From IMG/VR virus record IMGVR_UViG_3300045988_114702: a DNA stretch of 64,000 nucleotides; one strand, written 5' to 3'. Position 1 is the stretch's first letter; every line of letters begins with the position of its first letter. Under the pieces are notes generated by a model. That model was not told the origin of the DNA, searched no databases, and was given only the letters and a program-made list of their open reading frames with translations. This DNA is from a virus. The translations under genes were made by a program, and so were the position numbers. This document shows, one piece after another, positions 34,202 through 43,201 of this stretch.

Positions 34202-35596
34202 TCAGCCGATTCCATTTTCATCAGCGAATTTCAGAAGGGCTGCTCTTTCGATTTTAAGAAACTCTTCATAGTCGGCAGCGGGAAGTATCTCGAGAGCATC
34301 ATCTTTTGGCAGTTCAGCCTTGATGGGAAGGCAATCCCCTATTTCGATGTACCGCCGGTTGTGATAGTATGCGCTTGCAAGAACGCGGGCTTTATGAACC
34401 CAGCAGATGCCCGTAAAGCGTTTATTGGCTGTGCCGTACATCTCATAGTTCAAACCGGAACACCAGCCACAGCCGGCAGATACAGGGCAGTCAATACACT
34501 TCTGCTCAGACTGTGAGGTGAGGGTAATCGCATCGAGTTCTGCTTTAGCCTTGCGTTGGGAATCAGTGGTATACAGACCATCATAGACGCTGCCGAAGCG
34601 AACTTTCTTCGACTTTTCCTCGCCAATACTAATGGGTGCGTATCGAATGCAGGGGTACGCAGATCCATCAGGAGCAAACGATAGCATAGAGCCCGTGCCA
34701 CCACAAAAGTTGTGATTGTCTTTAGCTCTCCCCCCTAAGAGGCTGTCAAAAATTGTGACCAGCACATCCAGCCTATTGTTCACAATGTAGTTAGCCACAA
34801 TTTTCAATTGGCTGTACAAAACATAGCCATCTGACGGATTATAAAGAGGCTCATAAGCATAGTTACAGGCAATGCTGTCGCATCCCTCATTCAGCATCAT
34901 TATGATGCTATCTGCGATATACTTGAACGAACCGGGAACAAAAGTCATTTTCGTTGAACCGTTCCAGCCGTACTTTTTACTGTCCTGAAACGCTTTCCAC
35001 GCCTTTGCGAAGCTTCCGTTTCCATGTTCATCAAGTCGGTACATATCATGAAGCTCCTGCACGCCGTCAATACTGACGGTAACGGACATCATTTCATGAT
35101 ATTTCTCAAAAAGGTGCTGCGCTTCAGGACTGAACCACAGCTGACCGTTTGTGGCAAACGAAATTCTGGTAAACGGCGCAAGAGGGATACTGCGTTTCCA
35201 GCATTGCTCAAACCAGTAATCGCAGATGTATTCAATCAAGGGGGCTTCCAGCAAAGGCTCTCCCCCGATAAAGTCAAGAACAACGGCTTTTGTGTCTTGG
35301 TTGACGAAGTCAGAGGTGTTCTGCTTATACAGATCCAGCAGATAATCAACGATTCTTTTGCCGGTTTCGGGAGTCATACTCTCCGCTCCTTTGTGATGCT
35401 CGTAGCAATACGAACACCTGAGATTGCACCCGCTGGTCACCTGAAATGTAACATTGCGACAAGCACTTCGCGTTTCAGGTAAATCACGGCAGTACAGTCT
35501 CTGGACAGAGTTTCCGTAATCCTCAAACCGTTTGCTTTTCAAACAACTGCACCTCCTTCCGTCCAAAGTCAAATTGGTATCCGTTGAAAGGTTCAC
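34202..35596 (-). CDS. radical SAM / SPASM-domain peptide-modifying enzyme (CXXX-repeat-target maturase type)
   Basis: SGCNLRCSYCYEHH (CX3CX2C). C-terminal CGGTGSMLSFAPDGSAYPC ... CIDCPVSAGCGWC auxiliary-cluster motifs. An alternative TTG start lies at 35542, after GGAGGTG. Confidence 0.85.
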   Translation of the reverse strand: MNLSTDTNLTLDGRRCSCLKSKRFEDYGNSVQRLYCRDLPETRSACRNVTFQVTSGCNLRCSYCYEHHKGAESMTPETGKRIVDYLLDLYKQNTSDFVNQDTKAVVLDFIGGEPLLEAPLIEYICDYWFEQCWKRSIPLAPFTRISFATNGQLWFSPEAQHLFEKYHEMMSVTVSIDGVQELHDMYRLDEHGNGSFAKAWKAFQDSKKYGWNGSTKMTFVPGSFKYIADSIIMMLNEGCDSIACNYAYEPLYNPSDGYVLYSQLKIVANYIVNNRLDVLVTIFDSLLGGRAKDNHNFCGGTGSMLSFAPDGSAYPCIRYAPISIGEEKSKKVRFGSVYDGLYTTDSQRKAKAELDAITLTSQSEQKCIDCPVSAGCGWCSGLNYEMYGTANKRFTGICWVHKARVLASAYYHNRRYIEIGDCLPIKAELPKDDALEILPAADYEEFLKIERAALLKFADENGIG

Positions 35597-35825
35597 TGCT
35601 CAAATCGATGTGGTTTTTCAGTACCGCGTTCTGCGCCATCTGCAGTTTCATGTGGGCCATACGGCACAGTTCCGCATAGTGCATGATAATTTCCTTTGTA
35701 TCGGAGTTTGCTTTGGCGTTCAGTTGGCGGTTGAGTACTGCCATAATTTTTTCGTATGAATCAACCTCATAAAATGCCCGTTCCACAGTCTCGCTTTCGA
35801 CTTGGGACAGTTCAATAATCTTCAT
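35523..35825 (-). CDS. small helical accessory protein of the CXXX/rSAM cassette
   Basis: 100-aa ORF that overlaps the rSAM gene start. Confidence 0.55.
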   Translation of the reverse strand: MKIIELSQVESETVERAFYEVDSYEKIMAVLNRQLNAKANSDTKEIIMHYAELCRMAHMKLQMAQNAVLKNHIDLSSEPFNGYQFDFGRKEVQLFEKQTV

Positions 35826-35839
35826 GTTGGCATCCTTTC

Positions 35840-36424
35840 TCAGCAGGCATCAATCTTGGGAAGTCGCCCCACGATCTGAGTATACCGGGCCCGAATTTTG
35901 TTCATGGCTCCCATTGCAGAAGTAAGTGCCCGAAGATTTTCATTGAAGTTCAGCCGAAGGTAATCGGTTAAAGTACGAAGAACGTACCACATCGCAAAGA
36001 TATCTGCATCCTCAGAGCAGGCATATTCCCCGGCACTCCGCAGTGTATCTCCACATTTCAGCTGCTTAGTGACAGGATTTGCGGAAAAATTGAACGTCCG
36101 TGCTGCCAAACCAAGGGCCAGAAGTTTTTTGCGCTCTTCGGACGCGCTCTCAATTTTGCAAGCCTCCAGCGCCGAATCGATTACAGTCAAACAGTAGATA
36201 AACCAGTTATCAAAATCCGTTGCATCAAGAGCGCAAAGGGCTCCAACATAACTAAGGCACCAAAGCAGCTTGTCTTCTCCATTGGGTGTTGCAGAAAGAA
36301 GCACATCCCAGTCCTCTGTATTTACCGGTTCCTGCTGAAGTAGTTTGATAAGCGGCAGATTGCGGAGGTATGATGCATCAACATCAGCATCAGCATTTTT
36401 TGCATAACGAACAGTCATTTCCAT
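35840..36424 (-). CDS. hypothetical protein of the CXXX/rSAM cassette
   Basis: 194-aa ORF, 12-14 nt from both neighbours. Confidence 0.6.
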   Translation of the reverse strand: MEMTVRYAKNADADVDASYLRNLPLIKLLQQEPVNTEDWDVLLSATPNGEDKLLWCLSYVGALCALDATDFDNWFIYCLTVIDSALEACKIESASEERKKLLALGLAARTFNFSANPVTKQLKCGDTLRSAGEYACSEDADIFAMWYVLRTLTDYLRLNFNENLRALTSAMGAMNKIRARYTQIVGRLPKIDAC

Positions 36425-36436
36425 ATCATTCTCCTA

Positions 36437-37537
36437 TTACCACAAAAGTCCTCCAGAACAATTTCCTCCACAACTCCCGCTGCAGCTACCACTACAGCTA
36501 CCACTGCAGGAGCCAGAGCAACCGTCGCAACTGGTATCGCAACTGCTCGTACAGCGCTCGCCGCAGTGCGAATTGCATGAACCCTTGCAACTATTAGAAC
36601 AGCCCGATTCACAGTTCAAAAGGCAACCTGAACCCGTGCAGGTTTCCTGACAGTCACTAGCGCAATAGCTTTTGCAGTTCGTGGTACAGTTACTTGCACA
36701 GTCGTCTGCGCAATTTGCGCTACAGCTTCCCTCACAAGTACTTGAACATCCATCACAACTACCAGAACATCCTCCCTTGCAGGATGTCTTGCAATTGTTA
36801 GTGCAGTTATCCGCACACGTCTTTGTACAGCTTCCTGTGCAACTACCAGTACAAGTGCCTACGCACGTTCCAGCGCATGTACCTGTGCAACCGCCAGCAC
36901 AACTTCCCCCGCAGTCATTGGCACACGTCTTCGTACAGGTTCCTGTGCAGGTGCCGGTACAGCTGCCAGTACAGGTGCCTGTACAGGTGCTGGTACAGTC
37001 GTTGGCGCACGACTTAGTGCAGGAACCCGTGCAAGTCCCTGTGCAAGTGCTCACACAAGAGCCGGTGCATGAGCCGGTGCAATCATTGGCACAGCTTTTT
37101 GTGCACGAGCCGGTACAGCCTCCCGTACATGAGCCGGTACAGCTGGAACAGGCTGAATAGCAACCCGTAGTGCAGAGCCCCGAGCAAGCCCCGCCGCAGC
37201 CGCTGGATGTTGCAGTTTCAGAAATCGCGCTCAATTGGCTAAGCAGTGCAGCCGCCCGGGTGAGCACATCTGCAGCGACCTTGGAGCCGTTTTCCGGTGT
37301 GATAGCGCTTCCGGTAATCGCCGAGATAGGCTGTGTAATTTTCTGGATGTGCTCATTGGTAATTTGCCTACCGGCCGCAGGGACGACAGAAAAAGAACTG
37401 ATATAAGCCGCCATGCTTCCAACGCTCTGGCCCTGTCCTGTCCCTTCGCTTTTTCCGCGACGATTAAGTTCAGCGTCCAGCTGTTTTTTAAGTTCTGTGT
37501 AGTCGGCCGAGTAAACCTTTGTGCTTCTTTGAGCCAT
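36437..37537 (-). CDS. CXXX-repeat Cys-rich protein (114-aa N-domain plus about 253-aa C-x-x-x array)
   Basis: 63 Cys residues, nearly all spaced i/i+4. The ATG at 37537 forms a TGATG overlap with the tail-fibre stop. Confidence 0.8.
   Translation of the reverse strand: MAQRSTKVYSADYTELKKQLDAELNRRGKSEGTGQGQSVGSMAAYISSFSVVPAAGRQITNEHIQKITQPISAITGSAITPENGSKVAADVLTRAAALLSQLSAISETATSSGCGGACSGLCTTGCYSACSSCTGSCTGGCTGSCTKSCANDCTGSCTGSCVSTCTGTCTGSCTKSCANDCTSTCTGTCTGSCTGTCTGTCTKTCANDCGGSCAGGCTGTCAGTCVGTCTGSCTGSCTKTCADNCTNNCKTSCKGGCSGSCDGCSSTCEGSCSANCADDCASNCTTNCKSYCASDCQETCTGSGCLLNCESGCSNSCKGSCNSHCGERCTSSCDTSCDGCSGSCSGSCSGSCSGSCGGNCSGGLLW
36440..37198 (-). repeat. 12-nt-periodic coding repeat (CXXX array)
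   Basis: 58 perfect 4-residue units, three 3-residue units and one 5-residue unit. It generates spurious ORFs in other frames on both strands. Confidence 0.85.
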
Positions 37538-38568
37538 CACACACCACCTACTCTCACCTTCACAAGCCGCAGATCCGTGCGGTTATCACCCTCACAGGCG
37601 TATCCCACAATTTTGTTCGCCGGGTACGATTCGCACGAGCCGACCGCGCGCCCAACGCCGGGCGCGCTGGACAGAACGATGTAATCGCCCGTATGGACAG
37701 GTCCAACCACTTTCGTGTGAACACGTCCTGCTAAGGACACCGGAATAAAATCGGGCAGGTTTTCCTCAAGGAAATCCTGCCCTTCAACCACTTTATTTCC
37801 ACCAATGAGCATAGCGTACTCATCCGTGTGGATGCCTGCGATACGGCTAGATAGGTTCGTGGCCTTGATATACCGTTCCATCTGGCTCCCAGTATCCAGA
37901 GCGATAATATCACCGGGTTCGGTCTGCTCGCCACGCGGCATGAGCTCCGCATAGTCGTTGTAGACCGCATCGTAGACACGCTGCGCGGAAATATCACCTG
38001 ACACCGACAAAGACTTAAAGTGTGCATCACCTGCGGATGTCACATAATGTACCGTGCCGTTTGCAAAATACACCGTTCCGGTGAACGTGCCGCCCACATT
38101 GCGCATTGCGCCAAGGTTTTTGCAGGCATCAGCGGAGGTGCCAGAACCTGTACCACCGCGTTCAATCGGAAGGTTCCCGCTTGTAATCTGGCTTGCAGAA
38201 TGTTCATGCGTAGACGGTGCAAAAGCATTCGCGTGTTTACCATCAACCGTATCGGCATCACAGCCTTCCATCAGCCCGTATGCAGCCAGCAGGGCCACAA
38301 TCTGTTTCGCCGTAAAATCGCTCTTAGGCAACGCGCTGTTTGCCGTTCCCTTAACGGTAGACAGGTCGGAAATGGCCTGATTCAGCAGGGCACTCAAAAT
38401 ATATGTAACCATGTTGAACTGCTGGCTTGTCGGCTTTCCGTTCAAACCGCCGACAATAGAAGCCCAGCCGCCTTTCCAATCCTCCAACGAAATGTCTTGC
38501 TTCACGCCAGACACAGAAAACGCCGCAGTTGCATAATCTTCAAGCGCTCCTGCACGACCTTCTGCCAT
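37537..38568 (-). CDS. tail fibre protein
   Basis: 343 aa, positioned after the baseplate genes. The C-terminal region PVSLAGRVHTKVVGPVHTGDYIV is typical of fibre/appendage C-domains. Confidence 0.65.
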   Translation of the reverse strand: MAEGRAGALEDYATAAFSVSGVKQDISLEDWKGGWASIVGGLNGKPTSQQFNMVTYILSALLNQAISDLSTVKGTANSALPKSDFTAKQIVALLAAYGLMEGCDADTVDGKHANAFAPSTHEHSASQITSGNLPIERGGTGSGTSADACKNLGAMRNVGGTFTGTVYFANGTVHYVTSAGDAHFKSLSVSGDISAQRVYDAVYNDYAELMPRGEQTEPGDIIALDTGSQMERYIKATNLSSRIAGIHTDEYAMLIGGNKVVEGQDFLEENLPDFIPVSLAGRVHTKVVGPVHTGDYIVLSSAPGVGRAVGSCESYPANKIVGYACEGDNRTDLRLVKVRVGGV

Positions 38569-38584
38569 AATAAATCACCCCCAG

Positions 38585-39166
38585 TTAATTGATGGACTGT
38601 GCAAACATTCCCTCGCCGAAACCTGCAACTCGCGGATTGAGATCCACAAATCCAAAGGTTTCTGCGTCCTCGGTCGAGCAATCCACGCGAACTTTTACTC
38701 CGGCCGGGCGTACAATAAGGTCATGCGTTCCCAAAATAGACATGACCATATCAGAAAACGGTGCCGAAATCGAAAGGAAGATTGTCGCCGGAACATCTCG
38801 GCGTTCACTATAAACCACCTGCGTTGCTCCGAAGATGATTTTGGTTGCTTCAATGATTTCATCCGGCGTACAGCGGCAGGAATTGACAAAAGCCTTATAC
38901 TTCAGGCAGACGCGATAAATATCGTCATTATCCGCAAGTTCTCGGCTTCCAATCATTGCTCCAGCCTGCTGGCGGGTCAAGCAGACCAGCTGTCCAAGCC
39001 GGTCAAGCCAAACACCTGTGCAGCTATCAAAATTGTTCAGATTTTCCAGACCGCCCAGAAACAGAGAGGCGTTTTCATATTCCGGCGCAACGGCCCAGAT
39101 GATGCCATCAAGGTTTGACATTTTTTCAACGCTGAGAGGTGTTTCTTTCAGAACTTCGTAGCCCAT
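38585..39166 (-). CDS. baseplate-distal / fibre-connecting protein (XkdU/DUF2313- or DUF2612-like)
   Basis: The ATG at 39166 forms a TAATG overlap. It is positioned after the baseplate J gene. Confidence 0.5.
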   Translation of the reverse strand: MGYEVLKETPLSVEKMSNLDGIIWAVAPEYENASLFLGGLENLNNFDSCTGVWLDRLGQLVCLTRQQAGAMIGSRELADNDDIYRVCLKYKAFVNSCRCTPDEIIEATKIIFGATQVVYSERRDVPATIFLSISAPFSDMVMSILGTHDLIVRPAGVKVRVDCSTEDAETFGFVDLNPRVAGFGEGMFAQSIN

Positions 39167-39399
39167 TAGGATACCCCTTTGCTGGAAAACTGCAAAATCC
39201 ATTTCCCGGCTGAGTTCTTTCGATAGATTGCAGGCGGGGTTATAATTCTGGCAATGCTTCCCATTTCGCAATCTTCTGGTAAATCCTTCAGATCATCTAC
39301 GGTATCGCAAATATAGTCTCCCAGTTTGCTCTCTTCGTAAGACTCCAGTTGAAACTGCATCGGCAGTTTGCCATACATTTCCTTATAAGCGTCAATCAT
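39166..39399 (-). CDS. hypothetical protein
   Basis: 77-aa ORF with overlaps at both ends. Confidence 0.5.
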   Translation of the reverse strand: MIDAYKEMYGKLPMQFQLESYEESKLGDYICDTVDDLKDLPEDCEMGSIARIITPPAIYRKNSAGKWILQFSSKGVS

Positions 39400-40910
39400 G
39401 CTTTCACCACCCGGATGCCGCTCATGCTAAGAACCGGCTGTTGGTTGATTTCAACCGGGACAATGCCTGTCAGCATAGAATTATCGGCAACTCCTTCAAT
39501 GTCCGGTTTTTCGCTCAATAAGCCTCGGATTTCGACATAATCAACGCCGGACACGCTTTCCATGATGGGGCGGATGAACGTTTGCAGGCGAATTGTTGTG
39601 CCTGCTGAAAGAATTTCTTCCATCAGCAGGGACTTGATTCTCGCCGCATAATCATCGTCCAGCCCGCCAGAACTCGTAACCGTAACAGAGAGCAGCAGAT
39701 AAACGTCATTCACTCGAGTAAATTCCAGATACTGCCGATTGCCGTTAATGTCGGTAGCGTAAGCATAATGCTTCCCGTATGCACGAATGCCGCCCGCTTT
39801 GTTTTTCCAGATGATGTTGGCCACATCTTCATCGCTGCCGCCCTGGACAACAATTTCAATGCTATGCGGAGGTCTGCCCGCCGCATCGGTCGTATCGTTG
39901 TAGTTCTCGTATCCAGCCGCAAAGGTCACACCATCCACATCGCTGTACAGCAAGGAAACGATGCTTGCGACTGTGCCGGTGCCGCGGCTTGCAACACGGT
40001 TTGTGTAACTCGTTCTGGCCTCGGCATCCGTCTGGGTTAGTCGGCCCTTTATCGGCGCGATATCATTGGTGCAGGCTGTCCAGCCATCCACAGTAGTGAC
40101 AATCTGCGTAATAACACCATCAGCCAACACATAGCTGCCATATTCCGCGCTTTCAAACTGGATATTGCTGGTCACTTCCGTAACCGTAATGTACTTGCAC
40201 AACGTTGCCGAAAAGCTGTCAGCGGCGCCCGATGCAGTCAAAACGATTGAATGTTCTCCTTGATCGTCAGTTTCGTCCGAAACAGCAATGCCGAACTTTA
40301 CCAAGGCATCAAAGGACTGGACAGCCGCAAGCATCTGCGAGTACGCATCGTCATACGAGGACACGGTCATTTTCTTTGTGACGCTGGAACTTTCTGCATA
40401 GGTTCCAACTTCTCCGCTTGTCGCATTGCGAGAAACGCCAAAATCAAACGTAAAGGTTCCTGCAATGCTTTCAATCGGACGAATCGCCAGCTTTCTCCAG
40501 TTTGCGCTGGAGATTATGGATGCACTGACCGCCTGAAAAGTACGTTGCGGTCTGCTGCTCGACTGAATCAAAGCGCCAACCGGAATGACCGTTCCCTCTT
40601 GGCCAGTACAAGAGATAAAATACTTAGTTTTGGCCTGTCCAATGCGGCTCACCCCGCCCACCTGCATCACGTTATCTAACGCAACGCCGCAGGCCGTATT
40701 GGGGAAAAGCTGCTGATATGCAGCAGCATAAGCCTCCCAGAGTTCTGCCGGGGCATCCGCAAAAATTGTAAACAAGACGTTCATCACGCTTTGCGGGTTC
40801 TCCGATGGGTCAACTCCGACCTCGTCTTTAAACCTTTTGCAGATGTCGGTGTAAATTTCATCCAGTCGGCGCATTTGAAAGCCCTTATCCGTCACTCCGT
40901 AGTCCGACAT
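39396..40910 (-). CDS. baseplate J-like protein
   Basis: 504 aa, positioned after the gp25/W-like gene. The N-terminal region resembles the baseplate J family. Confidence 0.75.
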   Translation of the reverse strand: MSDYGVTDKGFQMRRLDEIYTDICKRFKDEVGVDPSENPQSVMNVLFTIFADAPAELWEAYAAAYQQLFPNTACGVALDNVMQVGGVSRIGQAKTKYFISCTGQEGTVIPVGALIQSSSRPQRTFQAVSASIISSANWRKLAIRPIESIAGTFTFDFGVSRNATSGEVGTYAESSSVTKKMTVSSYDDAYSQMLAAVQSFDALVKFGIAVSDETDDQGEHSIVLTASGAADSFSATLCKYITVTEVTSNIQFESAEYGSYVLADGVITQIVTTVDGWTACTNDIAPIKGRLTQTDAEARTSYTNRVASRGTGTVASIVSLLYSDVDGVTFAAGYENYNDTTDAAGRPPHSIEIVVQGGSDEDVANIIWKNKAGGIRAYGKHYAYATDINGNRQYLEFTRVNDVYLLLSVTVTSSGGLDDDYAARIKSLLMEEILSAGTTIRLQTFIRPIMESVSGVDYVEIRGLLSEKPDIEGVADNSMLTGIVPVEINQQPVLSMSGIRVVKA

Positions 40911-41265
40911 GGGACAGTTCCACCTCGCTTTCTATTTCTCCTTCGGTGGTGGTCGCGGTAAAAGACGCTCGGAGCGTTCTGGTCTTTGCATCCTTTATAA
41001 GGTTGATGGTGCCCACCCCTGTTACGCCATCAACAGCAAGGATTTGGTCTCGCAGGGCCTTCTCGATCAAGGCTCGATTCGGAACCTTCACAAGGATTGT
41101 TTCAAAGTAAGGCGTGCCCATAGCGGTATTGAACACCCATTCTCCTTTGATCCAGCGCAGACGAATTTGCACACCCTGCCGAACGGCATCGATGATTTCA
41201 AAATCGCCGGTTTCGTTGATGTATAAATCACCATCAGCAGCAAGCGCAAGGTCTTTCAATGCCAT
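40885..41265 (-). CDS. baseplate wedge protein (gp25/W, DUF2634/XkdS-like)
   Basis: GDFEIIDAVRQGVQIRLRWIKGEWVFNTAMGTPYFE. Confidence 0.65.
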   Translation of the reverse strand: MALKDLALAADGDLYINETGDFEIIDAVRQGVQIRLRWIKGEWVFNTAMGTPYFETILVKVPNRALIEKALRDQILAVDGVTGVGTINLIKDAKTRTLRASFTATTTEGEIESEVELSHVGLRSDG

Positions 41266-41960
41266 TACTGCGGACCTCCTGTCTTTCCGTGTACGCCAGC
41301 ATGGGTATGCGTATTCATTACGATGCCACCAAGTACCAGCGTGCCAGAAATGTTCACGTTTCCTTGCACCTGAATGTTGCCTTTGATTTCCGTATTGCCG
41401 GTAACATCAAGCAACGGAGTGGTAATTTTGGTACTGCCATCCGTCACCTCGATGTTAGAACCGCCTCTTTGAACAAAGACGGAACTGTCTTTCAAGGTTA
41501 TGGTTGTGTCTTGCTTTTTCAGTTCGATGCAGTCTTTCTTGACCGTGATGGTCGCAGTCGGCGCAAAAACAACTGCTGCGTCCTCACTTCCGGCACGCTT
41601 AACCTGCTCGCTAGACGATGCAGGCAAGCCCGGCAGCAAGGTTGCGTTGGATAAGTCCCACTTCAAGTCCGTTCCAGAGCCGCCCTCTCCAAAAATAGCC
41701 ACACATCCATCCCCGGAATGCACAGGAAAGGCAAACCCGATTGTGCCGCCTGCTCCGGTAGGCATCAGGATAGCCGTGCCCGAAATTTTAGGGTAGGGTA
41801 CTTCCCTATCATCATCGGTCGTTACTTTCAAATCCGGCGTTAGTTCAGCAGTGAAATTTTCGGACACGTTACCAACCTTAGCAGGTGCCGAGGTGTGGAT
41901 ATTATCCCTCATGTACTGGTCGATGATGCTCACGACTGCATCGCGGAAGTCCTGATCCAC
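41265..41960 (-). CDS. baseplate assembly protein V / spike (Mu gp45-like)
   Basis: C-terminal beta-helix repeats and NTHTHAGVHGKTGGP. Confidence 0.7.
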   Translation of the reverse strand: MDQDFRDAVVSIIDQYMRDNIHTSAPAKVGNVSENFTAELTPDLKVTTDDDREVPYPKISGTAILMPTGAGGTIGFAFPVHSGDGCVAIFGEGGSGTDLKWDLSNATLLPGLPASSSEQVKRAGSEDAAVVFAPTATITVKKDCIELKKQDTTITLKDSSVFVQRGGSNIEVTDGSTKITTPLLDVTGNTEIKGNIQVQGNVNISGTLVLGGIVMNTHTHAGVHGKTGGPQ

Positions 41961-41961
41961 G

Positions 41962-42858
41962 CTATTTCACCTCCACAAATTGCCCAACGCATTGCCAATC
42001 GTCGCCCTCCGTATCGCCAATGAACCTGATTTTTGACGCCCGGTAGTTTCCCTTATCCTCTCGGGATTCTACTTTCACATAATCGTCAATCTGAATATGG
42101 CCATTCAGGCAATACGTAACCTCAATGCCTTTCTTGGCCTTTCTTTTGGTCGTATTGGAACTCGCGTTCTTACTCGTTGAAGATTTGCTGCTGGTCGATG
42201 CGGATTCAAAGAAAGGCTTCGGTGAACCGATCATGCCGGAATCGGCCGAAAGGACATAAGCCGCCATCGTTAGCGGTTCATCCAGTGCGCATATCTGAAT
42301 AATACCATTCTGAACACTCCAGCGAAGTTTGCTTCTGTCGCACAGCCGCCCGATAAGCGTCTTTCCTGTGCCAACAAAAGCAAAATTCTTAAAGTCGATC
42401 ATTTTGGCCTTGGGGGAAAGTTTGACTTCACATCCCATTTCCTGGGCAACATCCCTGACGATTTTTTCTCCGTTCACAACGCCCGAATAACTCAGGCTCA
42501 CCGTTGTATCTCGTGCGGATGTAAAGCTGTCCACAAACTCAATTGTGGTCTGCCGGTTCGCTCCGTTTGTTTCCGTTTCAAAGCACGTCAAAGAACCGCC
42601 CATAATAACGGGCAGGTCATCACCATATCCAGCGCGCAGCTCAATCAGGCAATCTTCCTGCTCCAAAAGGCGCAAGGTTTCATCTGCCAGATTCCAAAGT
42701 GTGATTTTCCCCGTATTAGAACTTGAACTATCACCAATTTCACAGGAAAAGGAACATCGGATAGCCCTCTTCGTTTTTTCGTTGGGTTTTCCGATTTCAC
42801 GACCGACAGAATTATTTTTCCCAATTCTTACTCGGTACTGTCTATCCCAGATATCCAT
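41962..42858 (-). CDS. baseplate hub (late control D / XkdQ-like)
   Basis: Called from size and position between the TMP-proximal genes and gpV. Confidence 0.6.
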   Translation of the reverse strand: MDIWDRQYRVRIGKNNSVGREIGKPNEKTKRAIRCSFSCEIGDSSSSNTGKITLWNLADETLRLLEQEDCLIELRAGYGDDLPVIMGGSLTCFETETNGANRQTTIEFVDSFTSARDTTVSLSYSGVVNGEKIVRDVAQEMGCEVKLSPKAKMIDFKNFAFVGTGKTLIGRLCDRSKLRWSVQNGIIQICALDEPLTMAAYVLSADSGMIGSPKPFFESASTSSKSSTSKNASSNTTKRKAKKGIEVTYCLNGHIQIDDYVKVESREDKGNYRASKIRFIGDTEGDDWQCVGQFVEVK

Positions 42859-42861
42859 CTG

Positions 42862-43194
42862 TCACACTCCAAGCTGTCTTGCAGGAAGGTATAGCAGTTT
42901 CGCCTTTCCGTCCACAAAATCGTTGCGGCCAATTGTTTCCTGCTCCGTTTCAACGCCAAGGACGCCCGGCGGGCCTCCTTGGGTTTGATAGTAGAAATTC
43001 CAAATTGTCCCCGGCACGAGCCTCGCCATGCCGAGGATAATATTCATTTCTGCATCGTAGATGCTAAGCATCCAAAAACCGCCGTATGCGTTCCATGTCA
43101 GCCGAAGATTGTAATATACTTCGTCAAGGTTCACGCGCATAATGGAATCGTTTCGGTCTGGTACAGAGATCTCATAGTATTCCAAATCCATCAT
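42862..43194 (-). CDS. hypothetical tail protein
   Basis: 110-aa ORF. Confidence 0.55.
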   Translation of the reverse strand: MMDLEYYEISVPDRNDSIMRVNLDEVYYNLRLTWNAYGGFWMLSIYDAEMNIILGMARLVPGTIWNFYYQTQGGPPGVLGVETEQETIGRNDFVDGKAKLLYLPARQLGV

Positions 43195-43201
43195 CTATAC
43201 C

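Noticed and set aside
34202-35596. Annotating the radical SAM enzyme as an anaerobic sulfatase-maturating enzyme
   Set aside because: There is no sulfatase gene and no C/S-x-P/A-x-R target motif nearby. The adjacent, co-oriented CXXX-repeat protein is the far more plausible substrate.
36415-37160. ORFs 36415..36612(-), 36616..36816(-), 36672..37160(+) and 36823..37017(+) inside the Cys-repeat gene
   Set aside because: They are alternative-frame and antisense readings of the 12-nt-periodic CXXX array (V/A-rich or Q/P/V-rich repeats). They have no RBS context. The CXXX frame is the one coupled to the neighbouring genes.
36440-37198. Possible CRISPR array or noncoding tandem repeat
   Set aside because: The period is 12 nt with no repeat/spacer alternation. 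The repeat is in frame within a long ORF and shows synonymous codon variation, so it is a coding repeat.
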